A DNA stretch of 64,000 nucleotides from assembly GCF_009914755.1 (NCBI RefSeq), contig NC_060930.1; one strand, written 5' to 3'. The notes under the pieces were generated by a model. It saw only the letters and a list, made by a program, of their open reading frames with translations, had not been told where the DNA came from and did not search any database. The DNA comes from the human T2T-CHM13v2.0 reference genome, Homo sapiens. Both the position numbers and the translations under genes were made by a program. Positions 50,759 to 64,000 of this stretch are shown piece by piece. Within the stretch, counting starts at the first letter, position 1, and each line of letters starts with the position of its first letter.

Positions 50759-51850
50759 AAATAAAATGAAATTTATTTATTTTGATATCTATCATGAAGC
50801 AAAGAACAAAATATTTATTATATGTAATATATATCTTCAATATGGTCCAAATAGGAACCAAAGTACATCTTGTTGAGAAATGAATTCCTTTTCAAGATAG
50901 TGCATGCTGCATTAATTTTAAAAACAGGAAAAAAAAAACTAATGAGAACTAAGACAAATTAAGTAATACCACCTAAGAGCCATAAGATGGCTTGGTTGAA
51001 TCAGGACCCACCATTAGTGTAATCCAAATTAAAAATTGGCATTCCTTAGTGTTATGATTAGAATAAAATCTAAATACCAATCGATATTTGGACAATACTT
51101 TTAACAGGAAAAGTTAAGTAATGGAGTTCTGAGAAAGATAGATTAAAGTAGACAGACGAATTTTTTTCGGAGGTTAACACATGAACATAAAACCACAATA
51201 TATATTGAAAATACCATAAAACAGCTAAAAAAGAAGTTCTGAAAGATAAGCATGAAATCTGTGTATTGTATTGTTTATTATGTATGTTTTGGAGGTGTTT
51301 AGTCTGGATGTAATTTGTTTATGGATGTTTAAAAACTTTGTGTGGTTGTTTAGAAGCATACATATGCATGTATGTGTGTGTATTTGTATGCTATTTCTGT
51401 GTTGCTTTTATATGGAATCAATAAAATGGATAAATAGATGCCTAACATTCAAAGGAAACATAGGGAACATTAGCTGAAAAATGGGAAAGTTTAAGCAAAG
51501 ATGAAAGGAATGCTTTTGTAACTTCATCACTTGAAAGGGAAAGAAGAAATAGGAAAGGTATGGAGTGGTTAGAAAGATTCTAGGGAAAGTGCCCAAAGAC
51601 TGTATGCTGATCTTCAAGAGCCAGGAGACTAGGGCAAGAAGCAAGCACTGTGGATGGCAGCACATCTGCATTCAATCAATTCTTTTTTATAAAATGCTCT
51701 GTTTCTCCTCTCCTTCTGTGAAATCACCCTTCTAAGAGCCCTGAGGCAGTTGGAACATGTGTGCTTCCTCCTTACAAACTTCTCTTGGCATCAGGAGATA
51801 TGTCTCTGTTAATTTAACACAAAACATAAAGTATACTTAGAAAAAGTTTA

Positions 51851-54138
<2,288 letters not shown>

Positions 54139-56214
54139 AAACTGGAAGCATTCCGTTTGAAAACTGGCACAAGACAAGGATGCCCTCTCTCATCACTCCT
54201 ATTCAACATGGTATTAGAAGTTCTGGCCAGGGCAAACAGCAAGAGAAAGAAATAAAAGGTATTCAAATAGGAAGAGAGAAAATCAAATTGCCTCTGTTTG
54301 CAGATGACATAATTGTATATTTAGAAAACCCCATTGTCTCAGCCCAAAATATCCTTAAGCTGACAGGCAACTTCAACAAAGTCTCAGGATACAAAATCAC
54401 TGTGCAAAAATCACAAACATTCCTGTACACCAATAATAGACAAACGGAGAGCCAAATCATGAGTGAGCTGCCATTCACAATTGCTGCAAAGAGAATAAAA
54501 TACCTAGGAATACAACTTACAAAGGATGTGAAGGACCTCTTCAAGGAGAACTACAGATCACTGCTCAAGGAAATAAGAGAAGACACAAACAAATGGGAAA
54601 ACATTCCATCCTCGTGGATAGGAAGAATCAATATTGTGAAAATGGCAATCCTGCCCAATGTAACTTATAGATTCAATGATGTCCCCATCAAGCTACCACT
54701 GACTTTTTTCACAGAAGTAGAAAAAACTACTTTAAATTTCATATAGAATCAAAACAAAGCCCATAGAGCCAAGATAATCCTAAGCAAAAAGGAGAAAGCT
54801 GGAGGCATCATGCTACCTGACTTCAAACTATAGTACAAGGCTAAAGTCACCAAAACAGATATATAGGCCAATGGAACAGAATGGAGGGCTCAGAAATAAC
54901 GCCACACATCTAGAACCATCTGATCTTTGACAAACCTGACAAAAAACAAGCAATGGGGAAAGGATTCCCCATTTAATAAATGGTGTTGGGAAAACTGGCT
55001 AGCCGTATGCTGAAAACTGAAACTGGATCCCTTCCTTACACCTTATACAAAAATTAACTCAAGACGGATTAAAGACTTAAACATAAGACCTAAAACCATA
55101 AAAACCCCAGAAGAAAACCTAGGCAATACCATTCAGGACATAGGCATGGGCGAAGACTTCATGACTAAAACACTAAAAGCAATGGCAACTAAAGGCAAAA
55201 TTGACAAATGAGATCTAATTAAACTAAAGAGTTTCTGCACAGCAAAAGAAACTATCATCAGAGTGAACAGGCAACCTACAGAATGAGAGAAAATTTCTGC
55301 AATCTATCCATCTGACAAATGGCTAATATCCAGAATCTACAAGGAACTTAAACAAATTTACAAGAAAAAAATGAACAACCCCATCAAAAAGTGGGCGAAG
55401 TATATGAACAGTCATTTCTCAAAAGAAGACATTTATGCAGCCAACAAACATATGAAAAACAGCTCATCATCACTGATCATTACAGAAATGCAAATAAAAA
55501 CCACAATGAGATACCATCTCACACCAAGTAGAATGGCGATCATTAAAAAGTCAGGAAACAACAGATGCTGGAGAGGATGTGGAGAAATGGGAACACTTTA
55601 ACACTGTTGGTGGGAGTGTAAATTAGTTCAACCATTGTGGAAGACAGTGTGGCGATTCCTCAAGGATCCAGAACCAGAAAAACCATATGACCCAGCAATC
55701 CCATTACTGGGTATATACCTAAAGGATTATAAATCATTCTACTATAAAGACATATGCACAGGTATGTTTATTGCAGCACTATTCACAATAGCAAAGACTT
55801 GGAACCAACCCAAATGCCCATCAATGATAGACTAGATAAAGAAAATATGGTACATATACACCATGGAACACTATGCAGCCATTAAAAAGGATGAGTTCAT
55901 GTCCTTTGCAGACACATGGATGAAGCTGGAAACATCATTCTCAGCCAACTAACACAGGAACAGAAAACTGAGCACTACATGTTCTCACTCATAAGTGGGA
56001 GTTGAACAATGAGAACACAGGGTCACAGGGAGGGGAACATCACACACTGGGGCCTGTCGGTGGGGTGGGGGCTGGAGGAGGGATAACATTAGGAGAAATA
56101 CCTAATGTAGATGACAGGTTGATGGGTGCAGCAAACCACCAAGGCACGGGTATACCTATGTAACAAACCTGCACATTCTGCACATGTATCCCAGAACTTA
56201 AAGTATATATATGT
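54139..56214 (+). mobile_element. L1PA (L1PA7-like) sense 3' segment: RT part, C-terminus and 3'UTR
   Basis: [15 protein letters not shown] motif in ORF 54111-54746. 3'UTR ends ..gtatcccagaacttaaagta. TSD aaagtttacctc at 51843-51854 and 56215-56226 brackets both segments. Confidence 0.95.
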
Positions 56215-56431
56215 AAAGTTTACCTCAACTTAGTTCAATGATTTAATAATATTGATCTGAAAATCTTGTCTTCAATTGCTGGATTTGAAATCTGCCCAAG
56301 TCACTAGTCTGTCTAGCTATATAACCAGTGGAAAAGGTGAAAACTGCAATAAAATCTATCTGATCTCATTCATGGTTTATGAGCCCTCTTTTACAAACCT
56401 TACACTTCGTATTTTTTTTTCTCTTCACCTG

Positions 56432-56737
56432 TTTTTTTTTTTTTTTTTTTGGTGGGGGATGGAGTCTTGCTCTGTTGCCCAGGCCGGAGGGCAGTGGCAC
56501 AATCTCAGCTCACTACACCCTCTGCCTTCCGGGTTCAAGAGATTCTCTTGCCTCAGCCACCTGAGTAGCTGAGATTACAGGTGTGCACCACCACACCCGG
56601 CTAATTTTTCTATTTTTAGCAGAGACAGAGTTTCACCATGTTGGCCAGGCTGGTCTCATACTCCTAACCTCAGGTGATCTGCCTGCCTTGGCCTCCCAAA
56701 GTGCTGGGATTACAGGCGTGACTCGTTGCACCCAGCC
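56432..56737 (-). mobile_element. AluS (Sx-like)
   Basis: Poly-T 56432-56450 and acctcaggtgatctgcc. cacctg on both flanks. Confidence 0.92.
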
Positions 56738-56771
56738 TCCCCACCTGGTTTTATTTGAAAGTTTGACTTTT

Positions 56772-57058
<287 letters not shown>

Positions 57059-57639
57059 GAAAGTTTTGACTTTTGAAAATTAGACCATGTTGAAATCTTT
57101 TTTACTCGTATCTCCTATATTTCATCATTCCTGTATCTCAAGTGTGGACACGGCATTGCCCATGCTAAAATAATAAACTCTTTTTAAAGTAAAGGTTTTC
57201 TTTAACTTTCCTCTTGAATTTTTGTAAGTCAGTTTATGATAGTCCCTATCTAAAACAAAAAATTTCTATTTCCATTAAAGTCATTGGTTCTAGAAATGAT
57301 TGCGGGGCTTTATCCTTATGATTTCTAATCTCTGTGTTCCTATACATAGGGTTAATATTTTTTTCTGTTTTATTTGTCTTGCTTGAGATTTAATTAGCAT
57401 ACTTGTTCTATTTCTCCCACTATCTGTTAAACTGTTTTGCTAGTTTTGTATTCATAATTTCCTCATGACATCCCTTCTCTGATATCTTATCACTAGCTCT
57501 GACTTTACAAGATGATTCCTCCTTGATTTATCTCTATCTGATTTTATTTTGTATTTGTTGGAAAGTTCCCCAAGATATAGACAGTCATTTACAATATTTA
57601 TATAAATATTTTGTTTGTTCCTTATGACACAATTTCATC

Positions 57640-58430
57640 TATGCAATGAATATTCTTGAGCACTATCCCTCATTCTGGTGTTCCAAATAATGGTAGGTGC
57701 TTGTGATACAAAAATTGAAAATATGCTCCAGGATTGTTCTCCAAAAGAAAGTGAAAACATGTGATGAGTGTTATTTTAGGGGTTTTAGCAAGAAATGCAT
57801 GTGCAACAAAGAAGGAACACTCTACTGTGTCTTTCAGCATAAAATTTAGTAAGGTATTTACAGACAATGCCAGAAAAATAGAGGAATAATATTTCATGAG
57901 ATGAGGATATTACGAACAAAAATGCAGATGTGTGAGAGATAAAATTTTGGCATTTATTCCACATTTATAATAGGTGAAGCTCTGGTCATGGAAGACATTG
58001 TCCAGACTGAGGTTAGCGTAGAAAGAACAGTGAAGCCTGAGGCAGTGATCTCTGAAATAGAAAGAGAATCATGATAGTCAGATACAAGAGAATTTTCTGA
58101 GAGATGACAGGAAAACAGAACCCAATGGATCAGTGAGGTGAAGAAGTAAAGGGCTAAAGTACGTTTATTGAACCTGACAATTCTGAGGTTATTTATGTGA
58201 TCATCAGGATGATTTTTAGTGGAGCAGAGGGAGCATAAGCCAGATTACTGGGATTAGGAAGTAAAAAAAGTAGAGGCAGAGATCTTTCAAGAGGCTTAGA
58301 TTTGATAGAGTAAAGAAATTGGGAGAGTGCTATAGGGGAATAAAAAATCAAGAGAGAGAAATTGTTGATATTAGCCATACTTGAACATGTTTCTGGATGG
58401 AAGAAAATTTGCCGGAAAGGTGAGTGTTTG
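57640..58430 (-). mobile_element. L2 fragment
   Basis: tattcttgagcacta..aggtgcttgtgataca..gaggttatttatgtgatc..ttttagtggag..aagccagatt..tctttcaagaggctt. Confidence 0.55.
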
Positions 58431-59309
58431 AATATTACAACTGCTGCTGCTACTAGTAATATTATAAGAATTACAAGAGAATCCGCAATTCCATTTGAGA
58501 GGACATTAAGCAAAGACATGAGAGGGTGGAGCATTTTCTTAAATCAAGTAAACTAGCATTTGCTAACATATTGCATATGTGCATGTTTATAGGAAACTTC
58601 TGGAACAATGTCTAAACCCAAACAATGACGAATAGTAGAACATCCAGACATCATAATTGGCAAAAGAGGAAGTGTCTTGGCAAGCAAACCCTACTTGCAA
58701 TGTCAATTATTATTTATTCCAACAATTTCAGACACTGAAATTTTGTTTCAGAAATCAGGGCCCTCCTAATCCTGCATTGCTTTAGCCACCTAACTTCCAG
58801 TGAATAACTTTCTTTTGTAATCAAGCCAATTTATTTATTTCAACTATTTCCTTCTGCATCCCTACATTATTATTTTTTATTCTTCATCCTTATATCTTTA
58901 TCTTTGCTTCTCATATTCTTCCTTCACTCTTTCTTGAAATCCCTCTCTTCTTTTGCCAGCAAGTTCTGCAGTATTTCTAAATAAATTCAACTCTATTGTA
59001 GTAAGTGATTAGAAATGTGTTACATGTAGTCACCCTTCCTAATTGTCTTGTTTTCAATTTGTGGATGGAAGAGTATTTGTCCTTTGAGCAGCGAGAGAAT
59101 CTTAAGCCTCTTTTTTTTGCAGGACTTGAAAAAGTACATAGCTGAAAGCTAGAGATATACTCCTCATTTAATAAGCTGCTTTTTAATTGAAAACACAATA
59201 CTGATATTATATAAATGGTCATCACCTATTTTGCCTGCTATTAAAGTGAAGTATTTCTTGTTTTCTCCTTATTATATAGCTCACTCCCAGATTTTCATCA
59301 TCTTCACTC

Positions 59310-59570
59310 GAATGATATCTTTTCAGTGTCATTTCCCTTGACCACTTTATATGTAATCACAACATCTACACACATATTGCTACGCTCCTATCCCCTCCAA
59401 ATTTTCTTCCTAAAGTATAAAATCATTTATTTATTTATTTTTTATATTCTATATCCTGAATTATACTCTCAATTACATGAATGCCAAGATTTTAATTGGT
59501 TTTATTTAGTGATGTATCTTCAAACACCCAGAATGAAGCCTAACATGTAAAAGAAATTCAATAAATATAA
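59310..59570 (+). mobile_element. L2a-like 3' end
   Basis: ttcccttgaccacttta..catgaa..caagattt..tgatgtatc..cacccagaa..gcct.acat.ta..tcaataaatat. Confidence 0.6.
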
Positions 59571-59685
59571 ACATACCCAGAAATTTATAATTAATCTTAT
59601 TACCAACTTTTCCTTCTTCCTTTGCATCTCTACATTCTCTTTTTCTTATTTTTGTCCTCTAAATTCAATATTTTCACAAGTGGCC

Positions 59686-60057
59686 TGCATTAGTCCATTC
59701 TCATGCTGCTACTAAAGACATACCCAAGACTGGATAATTTATAAAGGAAAGAGGTTTCATTGACTCACAATTCAGCATGGTGGGGAGGCCTCAGGAAACT
59801 TAGAGTCATGACAGAAGGGGAAGAAAACAGGTCCTTCCTCACATGGCAGCTGCAAGACGTGCCAAGCAAAAGAGGGGAAAGCCCTTTATAAAACCATCAG
59901 ATCTCATGAGAACTCACTCATTGTCATGACAACAGCATGAGGGTAACCGCCTCCATGATTAAATTACCTCCCACTGGGTCCCTCCCATGACACATGGGGA
60001 TTATGGGAGCTACAATTCAAGATGAGACTTGGGTAGGGAAGCAGCTAAACCATGTGA
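59686..60057 (-). mobile_element. THE1C-like solo LTR
   Basis: tgcattagtccattctcatgctgcta.taaagacatacccaagactgg..ttatgggagctacaattcaagatgaga. TSD tggcc (59681-59685) / tgacc (60058-60062). Confidence 0.93.
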
Positions 60058-61799
60058 TGACCAAACTACCACCTCAGTTTAGTATATTTATATAAAATGC
60101 TATTGTTCTTAAGTATCTCACCAATGCCCGAAAAGATATTTGTGAAGCCCTATTAATTCAAACAAGTAGTATAAGAGAAGTTTAAACTAGAAATAAACTG
60201 GAAACACACTTTTTGGAAACTCTTCTCTTAATGAGCCTTGAAGTAAGTTAGGAAACAGCCTTAATTCCTTAGAGCCACTCTGGTTCCATTTAATGTATTA
60301 CAAGTTCAGTGGTTAAATAGTACCTTAGTGGAGGGAAGCTGAAACAACTTTTTTATCCTAATGGCAAGGGCTAATTTAATTTTTCTTTCTTTAAAGCTGA
60401 GAACAAAGTAGGTCAGAGTGATGAATTAAAGCCAAACATAGTACCTTGGCTTGGCATAAAGGGAAAGTTCTGGTCCAGAATTATACAGAATCTGTACTTG
60501 TAGTGCTAAATTTGTGACTATGTAGAGTTAGTGACAAGACTTGTGGGAAAGGAGAAATAAAAAGAAATAAGCAATGAGTCCCTTAGAAAATCTAATCAGA
60601 AAAAAAATATGATTTTTCTAGAGTTTATAAATTAGGAATTCTTCGATGCCTAAAAGTCACACATTCTTCATTCACTGAGCATGCTACAAGTTATCATGAG
60701 CTCATGCCCTGTCTAGAGCTTGCACAGATATGCACCAAGCTTGTCATAATGGAGAAGTATCTTTGACTTGCATTAACCTCAACGGATCTTGATTCATTGT
60801 CCAAGCAAACTGATAGTGTAGCATTCTGAATTGATGTCTAAAATAGATGCTGGCACACTACCGTGACTAGCTCTGTCTTTTGTTTGACTGGTTTCAGACA
60901 GATTCCAATAGGTTGTCAAGGAATAGACACGGCGAGCCTTGAGACCTGGTTCTGCCAAGGAACAGGAAACCAGAACTCATGGGAGGCTGACCTTGAATTC
61001 CCCCACTTGAGCAATAAACACTCAGGAATGTGTTGAGATTGTTTTGTACCAGTGATTTCACTTGGTGAGCAGGCAGGCACATAGCCAGTTGCAGAAAAAT
61101 CCAGCATAATGAAAAAGAACCAGGAGAGTATGAAAACTCTCTAAGCTTGGTAAATATTATTTCTCAGATCTGGTGGAAACTTATTCTAAGAAGGCATTAT
61201 CTGGAGCTGTGTACCTCCTTGAGGGCTTTGGGAATTTGGTAGGCTCCCATGATTGGGAGTATGCCACAATGTTTCTTCTTGTAGCTGTCTCGGTTGACGG
61301 AGGTTTCTATATCTTCTGTCACTAAATAAAATTTAAACAAATTATTTCACCCTGCGAGTTGACATCTCTGCATCAGTCAGTTCCTACCTTATTGTAACAG
61401 GCCCTTGTACTCAAGATCACACAGCAAATTAAAGGTGAAGTCAAATATATAGGTGCAATTTAGTTTTATTAAACTCCAAACTACTTGTCTGCACTACATT
61501 CCTTCCTATTCCTGTCATCTTCTCTGAATCCCAAAACAAACAAATCATTAAAAACAAAACTAAGTTAAACTAAAATTTAAATAATTGTAACTTAAAAAGG
61601 AAGCACACAAGCTATTTAATATTTTTTAGACTTATCTTTTGACGCATAAACACCAGCCAAGGCTAAATAAATGGAAGACCTATTAAAACTTAGCCTGTTT
61701 CTGCTCATGGGAGGATTGAAGCATGAGCATCCATAGATCTCTTGAGCTCCTACTGCAGCTCCCTCTGTCCTCTCATCTTTGTAACTGCTTTTAGCAGTG

Positions 61800-63042
61800 A
61801 AATGTCACGAAATCCCTTCTTCGACAATGATGCAATTAAATTTAATTGATAAAAGTAAGATAAATAAAAAAGCCACACTGTTTGGAAATTTAACACCTCA
61901 TTTTATAACATCTATTAAGATATAATTCTTGCAGCATAAAACTTGGCCTTTAAAATGTATTAAAAACTAAATTTTAAATAATGAATATATCTCAAAGAGA
62001 TCACAAGCATAAGTAAAGCATATTTTAAACTGAATGATAATAAAATTGCAACATTTAAAAACTGGGGCAATACTGATGAAATATTTAGAGAAAAATTTAT
62101 AATCTTAAAGACTTTTAGTAGAGAGAAAGAAATGTTTACTATCAGCTATCAAGTTTTCACCTTAAGAAGCTAGAGGAAAAAAAGCAAATTAAACTCACAT
62201 AAGCATAAAAGTACAAATAATGAATCTAAGAGCAGAAATCAATGACATAGGTCAGAAAAACAATAGTCTAAGTGAACAAAGCTAAAAGTTATTTTAATGA
62301 AAAGATTAATAAAATAGAAAAGTGCCTTGATACACTGATTTGGAAAAAAGAGAGACAGAATACAAATTAACAATATCATAAATAAAAGATTTACTACAAA
62401 ACATATTATAGGTATTAATAAACACAAGATTTTTTTTAACATGTCAACAAATCATGTCAACAAAATCAACAATTATGATGTTGTATGAACTCCCCAAAAA
62501 ACACAACTTACTGGAACTGACACAAGAAGAAATTTTTGAAGAAAACTATATAACTGTATATCTGTTAAAGAAATGACTTTACTATAAGTCATTATAAAAT
62601 GTCCCACAAAAAATTCTAAGCCCTGGTGGTTTTCCTGGTAAATTCTATCAAACATTAGGAAAACTAATATCAATCATACACAAACACTTCCAGAAAGCAG
62701 ATGATAGAATAAACTTCAAAATTTATTTTATGTGGTCTGCATCATTCTGATACAAAACAAAAAAGAAGCATTACAATAAAGGTACAGAACAATAATTATT
62801 ATGGATACAAATGCAGAAACTTTTCATAACATATCAGCAAATTGAATTCATCAATATATAAAAAGAAGATAAAATAAAGTAAGAGGATCAGGTAGTATAA
62901 TTCATTGCATGACTGGAATGACGGAGAACAAAAACATACAATCTTTTTAATAGGTGCAGAAAATTCACTTGGCAAAGTTCAACATTTCCTAATGAAAAGT
63001 ACAAATAAAAGAGTACTCCCTGAATTCGATAAAGGGCATCTA

Positions 63043-63075
<33 letters not shown>

Positions 63076-63352
63076 ACTAATGCTAACATCTTACTTAATG
63101 GTAAAGTATGGTATGGTTTCCTTCAAAGATTGGGAGGAAGGCAAGTATAGTCACTCAACTTTTATTCAACAGGGTACTGGAAGTTCTAGCCCACGCTATA
63201 GGGCAAGGGGAAGAAATTAAGAGACTGAAAAGACAAAAACAAACTGTCTTTTTCACAGCTGATATATCATATGTGATACCTAGAAACTCATAAGGAATCT
63301 TCATAAAACTACTAGAACTAATAAATAAATTACTCAGAATTATTGGATACCA
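61800..63352 (+). mobile_element. Ancient L1M ORF2 fragment
   Basis: caccttaagaagctaga, agagcagaaatcaatga, aaattctatcaaacatt, cacttccagaaa, gcatcattctgatac, gataaagggcatcta, ttattcaaca..gtactggaagttctagcc. Confidence 0.8.
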
Positions 63353-63744
63353 GGTAATGTCCTCATCCCTACATGTAAGAATTGACTCTTCCCTTGGGGT
63401 GCCATAACTCTCATCATGGTCTCTGTGACATTCCATACCCTTTTTTCCCATATGTCTTTCCTCTTCTATGAACTCTTTGAAGGGAGCATCTATGTTTTAT
63501 TAGGCTTTGCTTTTCTTGGACTTGGCATAATTTCTCCCTCAGGGAGACACTTAATAAATGTTTATTTTAAGAACAAATAGGTAAGTTAATCTGCCACTTA
63601 ACTGTGCCTGATGCCTTTGCAAGTAATTTTTACAATTACACTTTGAGTAGAGTTAAAAACAAAAAATGTCAACAAATGTAGTATAAACATCTGATTGTCA
63701 TTATTAATAATTCATGAATTAGGCATCTTCCCACCTAAATAAAA

Positions 63745-64000
63745 TGTGGTCTGTTGGGCATGTCAGAAAAGTTGGTTTTTGAAGGTAGGTTGAGGAGGAA
63801 CAAGGAAACAGAATAATACCAAAAAAATGGATTAGTTAACATTAGCTTGCTTCAGTGACTTTCCTCGCAAGGGATAAAGCAGAGGGGACTTCCTTTTCAT
63901 GTTGGTTCAGGTTGAGTAGGCCCTTTCTGATTGGTTGTTGGGAATCACCTGATTTTAGGAAAAAAAAAAAAAAAAGGTCTTTTTGGGGATTTTCCTGCTT
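63745..64000. mobile_element. Probable ERV LTR fragment running off the window end
   Basis: LTR-like composition with an inverted CCAAT box (ctgattggtt). Family not identified. Confidence 0.4.

Overview
This is AT-rich primate (human-like) genomic DNA, as shown by AluY/AluS/AluJ, L1PA/L1PB and THE1/MST elements. It behaves like gene-desert or deep-intronic sequence: I see no CpG island, no credible protein-coding exon and no RNA gene. The one gene-derived feature is a full-length, dead RPS18 processed pseudogene (minus strand, ~3428-3975) nested in an L1MC fragment. Much of the rest is layered transposon debris, and most ORFs in the track are chance ORFs or L1/Alu/LTR/microsatellite remnants. 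I cannot support a novel gene system here. Four things deserve a second look: (i) short templated-insertion repair scars, where 54-57 bp was copied from 1.6-2.4 kb away into an older L1 (one inverted, one direct), plus an orphan ~100-bp insert in an AluJ; (ii) a repeat-free island at ~37.9-38.7 kb with dense FOX/SOX/TFAP2/homeobox/E-box motifs, a candidate developmental enhancer; (iii) a ~180-bp-period, three-copy higher-order (GA)-rich tandem repeat ending in a G4/H-DNA tract; (iv) a twin-primed, 5'-inverted L1PA with a clean TSD. Repeat subfamily names come from remembered consensus sequences, not from a search, and boundaries without a TSD are approximate.
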